NCBI GenBank assembly: GCA_037131105.1
Contig: JBAXRQ010000001.1
Span: forward strand, 701,465-765,464
Length of the DNA stretch: 64,000 nt
Direction: 5' to 3'
Source: a bacterium
GTDB taxonomy: Bacteria > Patescibacteriota > UBA1384 > CAILIB01
In this document: positions 18,775 through 29,925 of the stretch, one piece after another
How the letters are laid out: the number at the start of each line of letters is the position of its first letter
How positions within the stretch are numbered: position 1 is the first letter of the stretch
The notes under the pieces: model-generated
Told to the model about the DNA's origin: nothing
The model's input: only the letters and a program-made list of their open reading frames with translations
Database searches by the model: none
Translations under genes and position numbers: made by a program

Positions 18775-19857
18775 TCATTTCGTCCTTAAGCGGTGCAGCA
18801 TATCCTGCATGCGGCGTTCACTTACCGCTATCGCGCCACGGTTAGTACCGTTGTGCGAAGAATCATCGAGAAGCTGATTGGCCCAGGTGGCGCCGTCAGC
18901 CTCAACCACACCTGCGCCGCCTTCCTCCAGCTCCTTCAAACTGGCGAAAGCATATGAATGATAACGACCGTAGAGCATCTGACGGATGTTGCTACGGCAC
19001 TGGGCAGTGAGTAGGAAGGCATCCCTGATAGGTGCCTTGTCCTGATGCACTGTTGCCAGTCGAAAAAGCTCACTGTCGCAGACATGCTGCTCTTCGCCCA
19101 GAACAGCCGTCTCGATTACTGCATCTGCGATACCGCGACGAAACCAAGCAGTATTGCCTGTCTTCAAATAGCCGGTACCCCACTGCTTCCAGTAGAGATG
19201 GTTCTTCGAGTTGGTCGCAGTCGCCGTGTAGGTTCCGTCATCGAACCGTTCGGCAATCAGCTGGCTCCTGGCCAACAGTGACTCGACGAACAGGGTAGAC
19301 TCTGGCCCCCTGGTTATCGCCCAAAGCCTATACGAGGCAGGGGCTGCCATGGTGACATTCTCTACCAGATCCATCCGGTACGGCGCAGCAGTACCATCGA
19401 AACCGTATACCGTACCTTTCTCACGACTGGCACTGATGCGACCCAGGATCACCGATACCACTCCTTCCGATTGAGACGGGTCCACAACAGTCAAAGACCA
19501 TCCCGCTGTTCTCAGGCGCTGTACCAACGGCCTCATGCGCTGGGCATAGTGTCCGTCAGCAATTTGCTCAGGCGTCTGCACGGGAATACTAACACCCTGG
19601 GCACGACAGGCAGTGACAAATTGGTTGTGAAGCACCGTGTAGCGTTTCAAGGCTACCGGCGGCCTTTCAGTAACCCAGGGCCGGTAATCAGTCACAAGCT
19701 GTCTGGCGGCAGCCACAAGGCTGTCGTTGGACGTTGCGGTGACCGGTCTGAAGCCGTGAGGAAGTGTGTACGGGGACGGATGTAAGACCATCCATGTGAA
19801 TACGACTCCCAGCACAGCAACCATGGAAACAGCTATTCCTACACATATTCTTTTCAT
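18775..19857 (-). CDS. Hypothetical membrane-anchored protein
   Basis: 360 aa with an N-terminal transmembrane helix (ICVGIAVSMVAVLGVVFTWMVL). No recognisable motifs. Confidence 0.4.
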   Translation of the reverse strand: MKRICVGIAVSMVAVLGVVFTWMVLHPSPYTLPHGFRPVTATSNDSLVAAARQLVTDYRPWVTERPPVALKRYTVLHNQFVTACRAQGVSIPVQTPEQIADGHYAQRMRPLVQRLRTAGWSLTVVDPSQSEGVVSVILGRISASREKGTVYGFDGTAAPYRMDLVENVTMAAPASYRLWAITRGPESTLFVESLLARSQLIAERFDDGTYTATATNSKNHLYWKQWGTGYLKTGNTAWFRRGIADAVIETAVLGEEQHVCDSELFRLATVHQDKAPIRDAFLLTAQCRSNIRQMLYGRYHSYAFASLKELEEGGAGVVEADGATWANQLLDDSSHNGTNRGAIAVSERRMQDMLHRLRTK

Positions 19858-19975
19858 AAACGTTCACTCCCCTTCAATTTTCAAACGCCGTGCCTACATG
19901 GCATCAGCCAAAGATGGGTAATCTTAGCATAATCCAGAGAAAAATGCAAGTAGTAAGCCCATCACAAAATAGTAC

Positions 19976-20012
19976 AAAAAAGCGGCTCCCGTATGTGGGG
20001 AAGCCGCTTTCT
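19976..20012. terminator. Rho-independent terminator downstream of typA
   Basis: AAAAAAGCGGCTCCCCgtatgtGGGGAAGCCGCTTTCT. On the minus strand the hairpin is followed by TTTTTTG. Confidence 0.6.
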
Positions 20013-20016
20013 CTAC

Positions 20017-21831
<1,815 letters not shown>

Positions 21832-21927
21832 AATAGAGTACAAATAAAAAATGGGCCGATAAAGACCGGTTCTTAGGTCGACCTGACTATAGCCTAAACC
21901 TGAGAAAATGTCCAGGCTTATACCCAA

Positions 21928-23676
21928 TTACCAGCTTCCGCCGCCTCCTCCGCCTCCACCCCCGCCCGAGAATCCGCCCCCGCCGGAACTGGCTGGCGAG
22001 GTAGCCGCTGCCATCTGGCTGGAAATCGAGTCGAGACTACTGGCAAACGAGTCAAACCCTCCTACTCCCCCGCTGGCCAGATACCAGGCCGGCATCATGC
22101 TCGTATAGCGATCCCCGTAGATCGACTTGATAGCGGCGATCCAGAGCCCGGTCATGCCGAAGGCGATAGCATAGGGTAGGTATTTCTCGAAGATATGCTC
22201 CTTCTCATAGAACTCCATCCGGTACTTCTCAGCTTTGCTCAGATAGAGCTTAAAGCCCTTTGTCTGGTATTCAAGATCCGCCCCCAGAGGGGTACGCCGA
22301 GGCATCAGGTAGGCAAACGCCAAAGCCGCCAACCCAGAGAGCACGCAGGCAATGATTGCCCAGACATCGAGATAGATCGAGGCAAGGTACGCAAGAAGGA
22401 AGGAGCCGATTAGCCCACCAGCGCCCCACAATATGGCAATGACCTGGCTCTGTCGGTCAAAGATCTTGCGATCAGTCATATTTTTGGAAACCAGCGAGAT
22501 AATACGCGGTCTAGCAGGTGAAAGGGTGGTCCGCAGACCCGAAAGGTTGGTAGTATCGCCCGTACCGTCAGCCGGGAATACTCCCCGCAGCACTTCCTGC
22601 TCATAAGCCGAAAGGTCGGCTGAGGACTTGGCCGTACGGGCAAGGGTCCAGTCCTTACCGGCAGTGAACCCAAGGATCTTCTTGCCTTCGACCTCCTGGA
22701 TGGTTAGGTAGCCCCGCACCGCCATATCGATAATGGTGGCGGTGACGAAACGATTGTTAACCGAACCCCCGCTGTCGATTGCGGCCAGCTCCAAAGGCAG
22801 CAGCTTTTGTGGTGGAGCATACTCGACCATAACCGGCCCCCGTGGACGCGGGTCCCTACCAAAACGGCGCCAGATTAAATACCCGATCATGAGGGTCATA
22901 AGTGGAAAAGCAAACACCAGGATATCCTGGTAACGCTGCCAGAAACTTGGCGTATAGAGCGTAATGATTCCCGTAGGAAATACCATTCTGGCAGTAATAC
23001 CATCACCGGAATACAGCGTGGTATTGGACTCTATACGAAAGGTGTCAGAAGCCGGCCAGCTGCTCCCCGCCAGGGTATTTCCCTTAGCGCCGGGCTGGCC
23101 GCTAGTGAGAGTCAGTGTCGTAGTAGCGTGTGTAAGACCCTTGGGCAGAACTACTGTAGCGAGATAGTGCTCGATGGGCAGCTGCCAGAAGGATCCATTC
23201 AGGTTCCAGTAGAACTCTACCTTATCGTTACTTGCCACATTTACGGCATTGGCAACCAGGTATTTTATACGGTACTGGTGCACGCCCTGGATAGTCACAT
23301 CGGCATCCCCGATCTTCCAAGTCAGTGTATGATCGGTACCCTTATGAATCGTCGTATAAGGTACGCTGTTGCCAGCAAAGTCAGTGATCGACTGCAAGGT
23401 GATCGGGGTACCCGTATACTGGCCGCTAGGGCGCGATGCCCGGGTGGGAAGAATCCGAAAAATACCATGCTTGTCAGGCAGAGCACCGCAGTCAGCCGTA
23501 ATGTCTTCAGTCACAGCCAAGGATGCGTCCAAGCGCACGGTGAACAGGCTTTGGAAGTCACGTATAACGCAGTCCCTCGTCTGGTCTGGAGAAAGGGCGG
23601 TCTGACTGGCTGCCAGGACAGAGGCAGGTGCCAGTAGTAGCATGAGGCCACCGAGAAATACTAAGTGCTTTTTCAT
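21928..23676 (-). CDS. DUF2207-like membrane protein: signal peptide, large ectodomain, C-terminal transmembrane helices and a poly-Gly tail
   Basis: 582 aa. Signal peptide MKKHLVFLGGLMLLLAPASVLA, hydrophobic helices near the C-terminus, and a SGGGGFSGGGGGGGGGGSW tail. The family assignment is from memory of this architecture. Confidence 0.45.
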   Translation of the reverse strand: MKKHLVFLGGLMLLLAPASVLAASQTALSPDQTRDCVIRDFQSLFTVRLDASLAVTEDITADCGALPDKHGIFRILPTRASRPSGQYTGTPITLQSITDFAGNSVPYTTIHKGTDHTLTWKIGDADVTIQGVHQYRIKYLVANAVNVASNDKVEFYWNLNGSFWQLPIEHYLATVVLPKGLTHATTTLTLTSGQPGAKGNTLAGSSWPASDTFRIESNTTLYSGDGITARMVFPTGIITLYTPSFWQRYQDILVFAFPLMTLMIGYLIWRRFGRDPRPRGPVMVEYAPPQKLLPLELAAIDSGGSVNNRFVTATIIDMAVRGYLTIQEVEGKKILGFTAGKDWTLARTAKSSADLSAYEQEVLRGVFPADGTGDTTNLSGLRTTLSPARPRIISLVSKNMTDRKIFDRQSQVIAILWGAGGLIGSFLLAYLASIYLDVWAIIACVLSGLAALAFAYLMPRRTPLGADLEYQTKGFKLYLSKAEKYRMEFYEKEHIFEKYLPYAIAFGMTGLWIAAIKSIYGDRYTSMMPAWYLASGGVGGFDSFASSLDSISSQMAAATSPASSGGGGFSGGGGGGGGGGSW

Positions 23677-23697
23677 AGGCTCATTCTATAGCATTCC

Positions 23698-24468
23698 TTA
23701 GCCACCCACCAGCGAGCGGAGTGGTTGCCCGATCTGAGTCTGCAGGTAGTCATAGATAAGCTGGCAGGCCTCCTCCTCGACATCGGCTCCCACATTCAAG
23801 CGCTCCGCTACAAAGCGCGGCTCGGCCAGCTGCCTCAGGACCACAATGGCGCGCGGCTGCGCGACTATCCGGCCCTGCCGACCAGACTGCTCATACCCCT
23901 CTTTGGACAGTACACCACCCAACTGGCTGTTCCAGGCCACGAATTCCTCTTGGATCGGCTGCTCAGTGACCAGACAGGCCCGCAGCTCCGGCCGGTATCC
24001 CAGCTCCACCAAGGCCTTTAGCAGAAACTCGGCTGCGACCAGTTTTGCCAAAGTAGTCGTTTCCTTGCTTTCGCACAGCGCCCGCAGACGGTCCAGGGTA
24101 TATGCCAGTCCGTCATATACCTCGGGATGCGGCTCCAGATCGGTAAAGAGCCGGTTGATAGCCTCGGAAAGCAGCGCAGCTTGGCGTGAGAAGGCAATGG
24201 CGTCAGCCGGATAGGTGCCGGCCTGGGAACTTACGCCGATGACCTGGGCCTGCACTACCAGAAAGAACCCTCCGCTGCTTTCAATAAGCTCGAGCTGGGT
24301 AGGTAGATACTCCAGCAGATGGCCGGTCAGACGACTGGTCGGTTTGCGCACCCCCTTGGCCCGCGCCCGCAGCTTGCCCAGCTCGCGGGTAAACAATAGG
24401 AAGAGACGATCGGCGTCAAAGACGTCGGTGGTATCGAGAATAATCGCCTCGGTCTTAACCTGTTTCAT
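23698..24468 (-). CDS. recO: DNA repair protein RecO
   Basis: Start trimmed to MKQVKTEAIILDTTDVFDADRLFLLFTRELGKL, a RecO N-terminal OB fold. It lies 13 nt downstream of the mutM stop. Confidence 0.65.
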   Translation of the reverse strand: MKQVKTEAIILDTTDVFDADRLFLLFTRELGKLRARAKGVRKPTSRLTGHLLEYLPTQLELIESSGGFFLVVQAQVIGVSSQAGTYPADAIAFSRQAALLSEAINRLFTDLEPHPEVYDGLAYTLDRLRALCESKETTTLAKLVAAEFLLKALVELGYRPELRACLVTEQPIQEEFVAWNSQLGGVLSKEGYEQSGRQGRIVAQPRAIVVLRQLAEPRFVAERLNVGADVEEEACQLIYDYLQTQIGQPLRSLVGG

Positions 24469-24481
24469 GGAAAGGATTGCG

Positions 24482-25417
24482 TCAGAACTGGCACTTTGGG
24501 CAAAAATGACTAGATCTTCCTCCGATTTTCTTCCGCTCAATAGTTCCCACTAGACAGCGGTTGCAGAGCTGGCCTTGGCGATGGTAAACATTGGCGACCT
24601 TCAGAAAGGTCCCCTTTTCCCCCACTGCGTTCACATAATCCCGCGAACTGGAACCTCCGTGCCTCAGGGCGACCTCCAGCGTCTCCTGGATGGCATCGAA
24701 CAGATTTCTGACCTCGCCACTCTTCAATGACCCAGTCAGGCGATCAGGCAGGATGGCAGCACGAAACAAACTTTCATCAGCATAGATATTTCCCAGGCCG
24801 GCGATATTGGTCTGGTCCAGCAAAAATGATTTGATAGGCTGCTTGGGATGTTTGTTAAGGCGTTCGGCTAGATAGTCCCTCGTGAATCCACCTTCTAGTG
24901 GCTCGGGACCCAGACTCTGTAAAAAGGGAAGGTCACTGAGAGTATGGGCGGGAAGCACCTGAAGGCGGCCGAACTTACGCAGGTCATTGAAATAGAGGGT
25001 CGACCCGTCATCAAACCGTAGAATCACATGGGTATGCTTGTGGGGCAACGGTTCCAGGTACGCCTTTTCGGGGTGTCCTCCCACTACGGCACCGTCATCC
25101 TCATCATCGTCGTCTGATGCCTCAAACTCCAGCTCGGCATTGTCCACGTCATCTTCAACTTCAACCTGCTTTTCAGCCGGCTTCCATATGAGCTGTCCGG
25201 TCATCTTCAGATGGATGGTAAGCACCGAGTCTCCCTGGAACCTGAAAGCCAGCAACTTCCCCTGCCGGGCGATGCCTGCAATCGGGAGGTCGTAGACATC
25301 CTCGGGATTTCCCACAAACAGTTTTGGCGCCCGCACCTCAACGGCCACTATGCTTTTTTCCAGTAGACGGCTTTCCAGTCCCTTGCGAATAGTCTCAACC
25401 TCAGGTAGCTCTGGCAT
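24482..25417 (-). CDS. mutM: Formamidopyrimidine-DNA glycosylase Fpg/MutM
   Basis: Begins MPELPEVETIRKGLE (Pro2 and Glu3 are catalytic) and carries a C-terminal zinc finger (CNRC...CPKCQ). It has an unusual acidic insert, EVEDDVDNAELEFEASDDDDEDDG. Confidence 0.85.
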   Translation of the reverse strand: MPELPEVETIRKGLESRLLEKSIVAVEVRAPKLFVGNPEDVYDLPIAGIARQGKLLAFRFQGDSVLTIHLKMTGQLIWKPAEKQVEVEDDVDNAELEFEASDDDDEDDGAVVGGHPEKAYLEPLPHKHTHVILRFDDGSTLYFNDLRKFGRLQVLPAHTLSDLPFLQSLGPEPLEGGFTRDYLAERLNKHPKQPIKSFLLDQTNIAGLGNIYADESLFRAAILPDRLTGSLKSGEVRNLFDAIQETLEVALRHGGSSSRDYVNAVGEKGTFLKVANVYHRQGQLCNRCLVGTIERKKIGGRSSHFCPKCQF

Positions 25418-25420
25418 GAC

Positions 25421-26440
25421 TTAACTTAGGTATTTTTTGGCATCCTTGAAGTGGACAACTGCTTGCAAGACCTCGGCCAGCTTGGCTGGGTGATGGCGGA
25501 TAAGGGTGCGCTGCCGCTGCAGCGGATCCGCTTTGCTTACTGACGTCACCGGACGGGTATTAAGCAGAGGAGTTCCGATCAGCTGGTAGGAAAGACCATC
25601 CTTCCTCCTTCGGTCCAGTCGCACCGGCATTCGCTCCATCTCCTTCTTGTATCGCTCAAGCAAGTGGGCGCTTGGCACCCTCGTGTTATAGACTACGTAG
25701 TCAATCTCCCCCTCACCCAGGTAGGGCACCAGGGCCTCGACAAAGTCCTGTACATAAAAAGCGCCTGCCTGGCCTTTTTCAGTCATAAGGTTCGCCACGT
25801 ATACTAGGGGCGCTTTGGTCGTGGCAAGCGCCTCTCGCATTCCTTTGACCAGAAGGTTGGGTATCAGGCTGGTATAGAGGCTGCCAGGTGCTAGGACCAC
25901 CAGATCAGCCTTTAGGATGGCCTGCCGTGCCAGAGGGTGGATTTCACACTCAGGCTCCAGCCAGAGCCTTTGTATGCCAGCCCGCTCAGCCCAGATATGC
26001 TCGTCTATGTCATGCTGACCCTTCACTGTCTTACCCTGCACGGTCTCTGCCATGAGATGCACCTTGTCGGTGGTAACCGGAATGACGCTCCCTTGTACTC
26101 GCAGGATATGCCCCGCCTCGAGTACCGCTTGGTCAAAGCTGCCAGTAAGCTTTTCCAGGGCACCAAGCAGCAGGTTTCCGAAGGTGTGCCCCTTCAACCC
26201 ACCTTCTTCAAACCGGTAGCTCAGCAACTCCCGCATGATAGTTGCATCGTCTGAAAGGGCCACCAGGGCCTGGCGGATATCTCCGGGAGGCAGTATACCG
26301 AGCTCGTCACGCAGCACACCGGTGGATCCACCGTTATCTGCCGTTGAGACAATGGCGGAAAGGTCACAAGCGTACTCACGCAGGCCGGTAAGGACCGTGA
26401 AGGTCCCCGTGCCACCGCCGATGACCACAATCTGCTTCAT
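25421..26440 (-). CDS. yvcK: YvcK/CofD-family gluconeogenesis factor-like protein (UPF0052)
   Basis: MKQIVVIGGGTGTFTVLTGLREY...TADNGGSTGVLRDELGILPPGDIRQALVALS. These are the hallmark YvcK motifs. Confidence 0.8.
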   Translation of the reverse strand: MKQIVVIGGGTGTFTVLTGLREYACDLSAIVSTADNGGSTGVLRDELGILPPGDIRQALVALSDDATIMRELLSYRFEEGGLKGHTFGNLLLGALEKLTGSFDQAVLEAGHILRVQGSVIPVTTDKVHLMAETVQGKTVKGQHDIDEHIWAERAGIQRLWLEPECEIHPLARQAILKADLVVLAPGSLYTSLIPNLLVKGMREALATTKAPLVYVANLMTEKGQAGAFYVQDFVEALVPYLGEGEIDYVVYNTRVPSAHLLERYKKEMERMPVRLDRRRKDGLSYQLIGTPLLNTRPVTSVSKADPLQRQRTLIRHHPAKLAEVLQAVVHFKDAKKYLS

Positions 26441-26555
26441 GGCTACTGGAGTTAGATATCCTTATCAGCTTCCAGCATATCAGAAACGCCGGTTGTTTTT
26501 TACCGGTTGTTTGCTAGGATAAGGATATATCGACCATCGTTACTAACTCCCACGA

Positions 26556-26909
26556 ATGAGCGCTCCAGCCAATCCTACCTCCCCCCAGTACTGGCGCTCA
26601 CTCATTAACCAAAGCGCAATTCGTTTTTTTATTCTTAGGGCGCTGTGGGATAAGGACTCGTATGGTTACATTCTCTCAAAGCAGATCGAGGAGTTGTCCT
26701 GGGGCTTCTGCACTCCGACCGAAAGCACATTGTATCCTGCCCTGAACGAGCTCGAGAAGCGCGGCCTGATCCGCAGCGCTGCTATCAACGCCAACTCCCG
26801 CACCCGCAAGGTCTACCACATCACCGATTCCGGAAAGCTGGCCTTCAGGACCGCCGCCAAGACCTGGGGCGAGATCATACCCGCCCTTCGACAGAGTACC
26901 ACACTGTAA
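26556..26909 (+). CDS. PadR-family transcriptional regulator
   Basis: 117 aa with a winged HTH: RALWDKDSYGYILSKQIEELSWGFCTPTESTLYPALNELEKRGLIRS. Confidence 0.75.
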   Translation: MSAPANPTSPQYWRSLINQSAIRFFILRALWDKDSYGYILSKQIEELSWGFCTPTESTLYPALNELEKRGLIRSAAINANSRTRKVYHITDSGKLAFRTAAKTWGEIIPALRQSTTL

Positions 26910-26923
26910 GGACGGATCATCTA

Positions 26924-26957
26924 AAAAGCGCCGATCCCTGGGGATCCGCGCTTTTTG
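26924..26957. terminator. Bidirectional hairpin terminator
   Basis: AAAAAGCGCCGATCCctggGGATCCGCGCTTTTT, lying between the convergent padR and a small ORF. Confidence 0.5.
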
Positions 26958-26965
26958 ATTGGTGG

Positions 26966-27139
26966 TCATCCGAGATAGGCTTGGCTGGCCTGTTCGGAGA
27001 TCTGAGAAGCCTCGACGGCATCCCGGATCAGGTAGTGTAGATCTTGCACGTTGCAATCAAGGAACTTACATATTTCGTCTGCCGAAAGCCCCCGTGAGAC
27101 CATGTGCTTCAATCGCAATATTGTCCAGTAGCGTTCCAT
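26966..27139 (-). CDS. Small hypothetical HTH-like protein
   Basis: ~57 aa (MERYWTILRLKHMVSRGLSADEICKFLDCNVQDLHYLIRDAV). The helix-turn-helix pattern resembles sigma-70 region 4 or LuxR. This is a weak call. Confidence 0.25.
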   Translation of the reverse strand: MERYWTILRLKHMVSRGLSADEICKFLDCNVQDLHYLIRDAVEASQISEQASQAYLG

Positions 27140-27484
27140 AACTCCTCCTACATACACTGTACCTCGCCGCTTTTTAGAAACTTGATACTATGTCCAAACG
27201 GGACCTTAGTCAGACTTTCATCTCTACCAGATCCTCTCACCATGATGATACCTGAGCTTGGGGTGCCCACGAACAGATGTGGCTGCGAGCCATCGTATCG
27301 TAATCCTTCCTTATGAAACGGCCAGATGTTCCATCCATGAGCAGATGCGAGCAACTCAGTGTAGGTTATCAGCACGTGGCTGACATCAGCTTTTAAGTTC
27401 AGCATACAACATCAACCTCCTCTGTTTTCTAGGCTAATGCTGTACCGTACACCTATATAAGTCAAGGTTCTGTAATCTAGCATA

Positions 27485-27514
27485 CACAAAAACAGGCTCT
27501 TATAGCCTGTCTCG
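27485..27514 (-). terminator. Candidate terminator of the rRNA operon, downstream of 5S
   Basis: Minus strand: CGAGACAGGCTATAAGAGCCTGTTTTTGTG, a hairpin followed by a U-run. Confidence 0.4.
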
Positions 27515-27535
27515 TGTCTTTGTAAGAGTGCTTAG

Positions 27536-27651
27536 TCTTGGCGGCGACCTACTTTCCCAGGTCCTTGCGGTCCAAGTATCATCGGCGCTGACGGTCTTCG
27601 CTTCCGTGTTCGGAAAGGGAACGGGCGGTACCCCGTCGCACATACCACCAA
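27536..27651 (-). rRNA. rrf: 5S ribosomal RNA
   Basis: The reverse complement reads CTTGGTGGTATGTGCGACGGGGTACCGCCCGTTCCCTTTCCGAACACGGAAG...GGGAAAGTAGGTCGCCGCCAAG, with canonical 5S helices and conserved CCGAAC/GGGAA motifs. Confidence 0.85.
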
Positions 27652-28190
27652 GACAAAGCACTCTTTACTATCCACACAATTGTGCCGATAGTGTCGGGCG
27701 AATAGCCATCCGGACACCGACAAACCAAGCCGAAGCTCGAATTATCGATGCCGGACAGCATCCACCGCAGATTTTGAAGGCGTTCAGCAAAAGCCAAACA
27801 TTGCCATCACGGCCTGAGCCGTGATCTGGCCATCCCTGCAACCAGGGAAGTTAATTCCAGAAATTACCCGTCACCCTGACGACAGGATGCACCTCTTGCG
27901 AGGTATCTCCTGTCACCATAGGAGTAAAAGTATATGATCAATTAGTACTCCACGGCTGAAACTGTTGCCAGTCTTACACCTAGAGCCTATCAAGGTCGTT
28001 ATCTACAACCGATCTAGAAATCTAATCTTGTGGCCGGCTTCCCGCTTATATGCTTTCAGCGGTTATCCGAACCTAACGTAGCTACCCTGCACTGCCGTTG
28101 GTACGACAACAGGCACACCAGAGGTTAGTCCCCCTCGGTCCTCTCGTACTAGAGGGAGGCCCACTCAAATTTCCGCGCCCACAGAAGATT

Positions 28191-28242
<52 letters not shown>

Positions 28243-28255
28243 TGGCGAACAGCCA

Positions 28256-28286
<31 letters not shown>

Positions 28287-28302
28287 CGACGAGCCGACAT
28301 CG

Positions 28303-28646
28303 TACTATTTTCCAGGATTTCGCCTGGCGCAGACTATATCTTGTTCCTACACTTCGATGGTAGGCCTTCATAAGACACCGTACATAAGTGTCTAAGCCAA
28401 TGATCGTAAGTTTTTGCTGTAGGACTCGGCGTGTTAGCTCTCTAAAAGAAGAAAGCTCTGCTCTTTCGAGCAAGTCGTTACGGGGTCATGCCTCTTGCGA
28501 GACAGACTTCCCACGGTATCGCCCTTGTGCCATAGATAGCGTTTTATCCACGTCTATCTTATGGTCAGTCGGGATTCACCGTTATAAGCCGAATTTTTGG
28601 TATAGGATTACTCCTAAAGCACCCCAATGTTAAATTAGGTGCCAAA
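28303..28646 (-). other. ORF-less ~345-nt intervening sequence in 23S between the equivalents of E. coli U2500 and C2501, in the peptidyl-transferase centre; intron or IVS of undetermined class
   Basis: The flanks GGTTTGGCACCT and CGATGTCGGCTC are contiguous in E. coli 23S. The insert begins AAUUUAACAUUGGGG and ends GGAAAAUAGUA, so there is no canonical terminal G by this alignment. The only ORFs (28189-28473, 28388-28633) run into exon sequence or are antisense. Confidence 0.6.
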
Positions 28647-28679
28647 CCGCGCCGTCGCTGTGGACGCTTGGGCGCGATC

Positions 28680-28710
<31 letters not shown>

Positions 28711-29164
28711 ATGATCGACGCGAATCTCACACTAACGCGTCGGTTCACTACTGCCTACTTTCGTATCTGCTCGGATCGTAGTCCTTACAGTCAAGCTAGC
28801 TTCTGCAGTTGCACTTTGAAGCCTGATTTCCATCCAGGCTAAGCTAACCTTTGCACGCCTCCGTTACCATTTAGGAGGCAACCGTCCCAGTTAAACTACC
28901 CATCAGACACTGTCCTCAGGTCATTACCCTAAGTTAGTATACGTCAAATACAAGAGAGGTATTTCACATTGCGTCTCCACCTCACCCGAAGGCAAGGCTT
29001 CAAAGACTCCCTCTTATGCTACGCATGCATACAACATATACAATGCCAAACTATAGTAAAGCTCCACGGGGTCTTTCCGTCTTTCTGTGGGTAAACGGCA
29101 TCTTTACCGCTATTGGAATTTCACCGATGTCCTCGTTGAGACAGTGTTCAAAACCGTTATGCCA

Positions 29165-29206
<42 letters not shown>

Positions 29207-29925
29207 ATAGGACCGTTCATCAATGTTACGCACAATTGCTTGTGGGCCAGTTATTTCTAACTGACACTGCATGTCGCCATGCAGATCGGACTATATCATC
29301 TCAAGCCTGGCTTGAGTTCGGCGTGTAGTCTCTGAGGATTCCAATCGAAACGAATTTAAGATTTCACCCGAAGTAAACTTGCGTTTGCCTCCGGCATTCA
29401 TGGACTCTCTAGCTTCTAATAACCGCTGCAGTCCCGCTTTGGTTAAATGAGTTTTAGAAAACACCATGTCCGCGATAATGCTGAACACTTCAAAGTCTTT
29501 TCGCTTTTTAGTCTTAAGAGAATACGTTTTAAAGAAGGGAATGATGATATCTCTCAGATCTGTAAAATTACAGACTTCGAAATATCCTACTCCGTCCTTG
29601 CGGAAACGAATTGTCCCACATTCCAAAGTCTCTTGCAGCATCCGAAGGATGTTACCGTCCTTTTGGGATATGTTGAATGACAATCCAACTTTCCACCCTA
29701 TTCCATATGACCGTTTGCGAAAGGAAACATTGAAGCTTCCTTCACCATCAGTAAAACCGACAATATACCAAGCCATATCGGCCGATATCTTTGCAAAACG
29801 CTCAATTGGCCTTTCCTGCTGATTGTCTGCACTTAACGCGTTATCACTGTCATCCATAAATGAATGTTAGTAGCGTAAGATACTCAGATGTTCCAGCAAA
29901 TAGCCAAATTTTATAACTACAATGG
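29207..29925 (-). mobile_element. Group I intron in 23S helix 69, after the equivalent of E. coli U1917, carrying a homing-endonuclease gene
   Basis: The 5' exon ends GGCGGCCGTAACTAT (U) and the 3' exon resumes AACGGTCCTATGGTAGCGAAATTCC. The insert is 719 nt, and its last nucleotide is G (…CAUUGAUG), as expected for a group I intron. Confidence 0.75.
29291..29857 (-). CDS. LAGLIDADG homing endonuclease, single-motif type, encoded inside the 23S intron
   Basis: 188 aa with YIVGFTDGEGSF (the LAGLIDADG motif) near the N-terminus. Its size fits homodimeric I-CreI-like enzymes. It is in the same orientation as the rRNA. Confidence 0.85.
   Translation of the reverse strand: MDDSDNALSADNQQERPIERFAKISADMAWYIVGFTDGEGSFNVSFRKRSYGIGWKVGLSFNISQKDGNILRMLQETLECGTIRFRKDGVGYFEVCNFTDLRDIIIPFFKTYSLKTKKRKDFEVFSIIADMVFSKTHLTKAGLQRLLEARESMNAGGKRKFTSGEILNSFRLESSETTRRTQARLEMI

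Noticed and set aside
21908-22108. 66-aa plus-strand ORF encoding a PPPPPPPPPPPENPPPPE tract
   Set aside because: It is the antisense of the poly-Gly tail (GGGGGGGGGG) of the DUF2207-like protein, hence an artefact.
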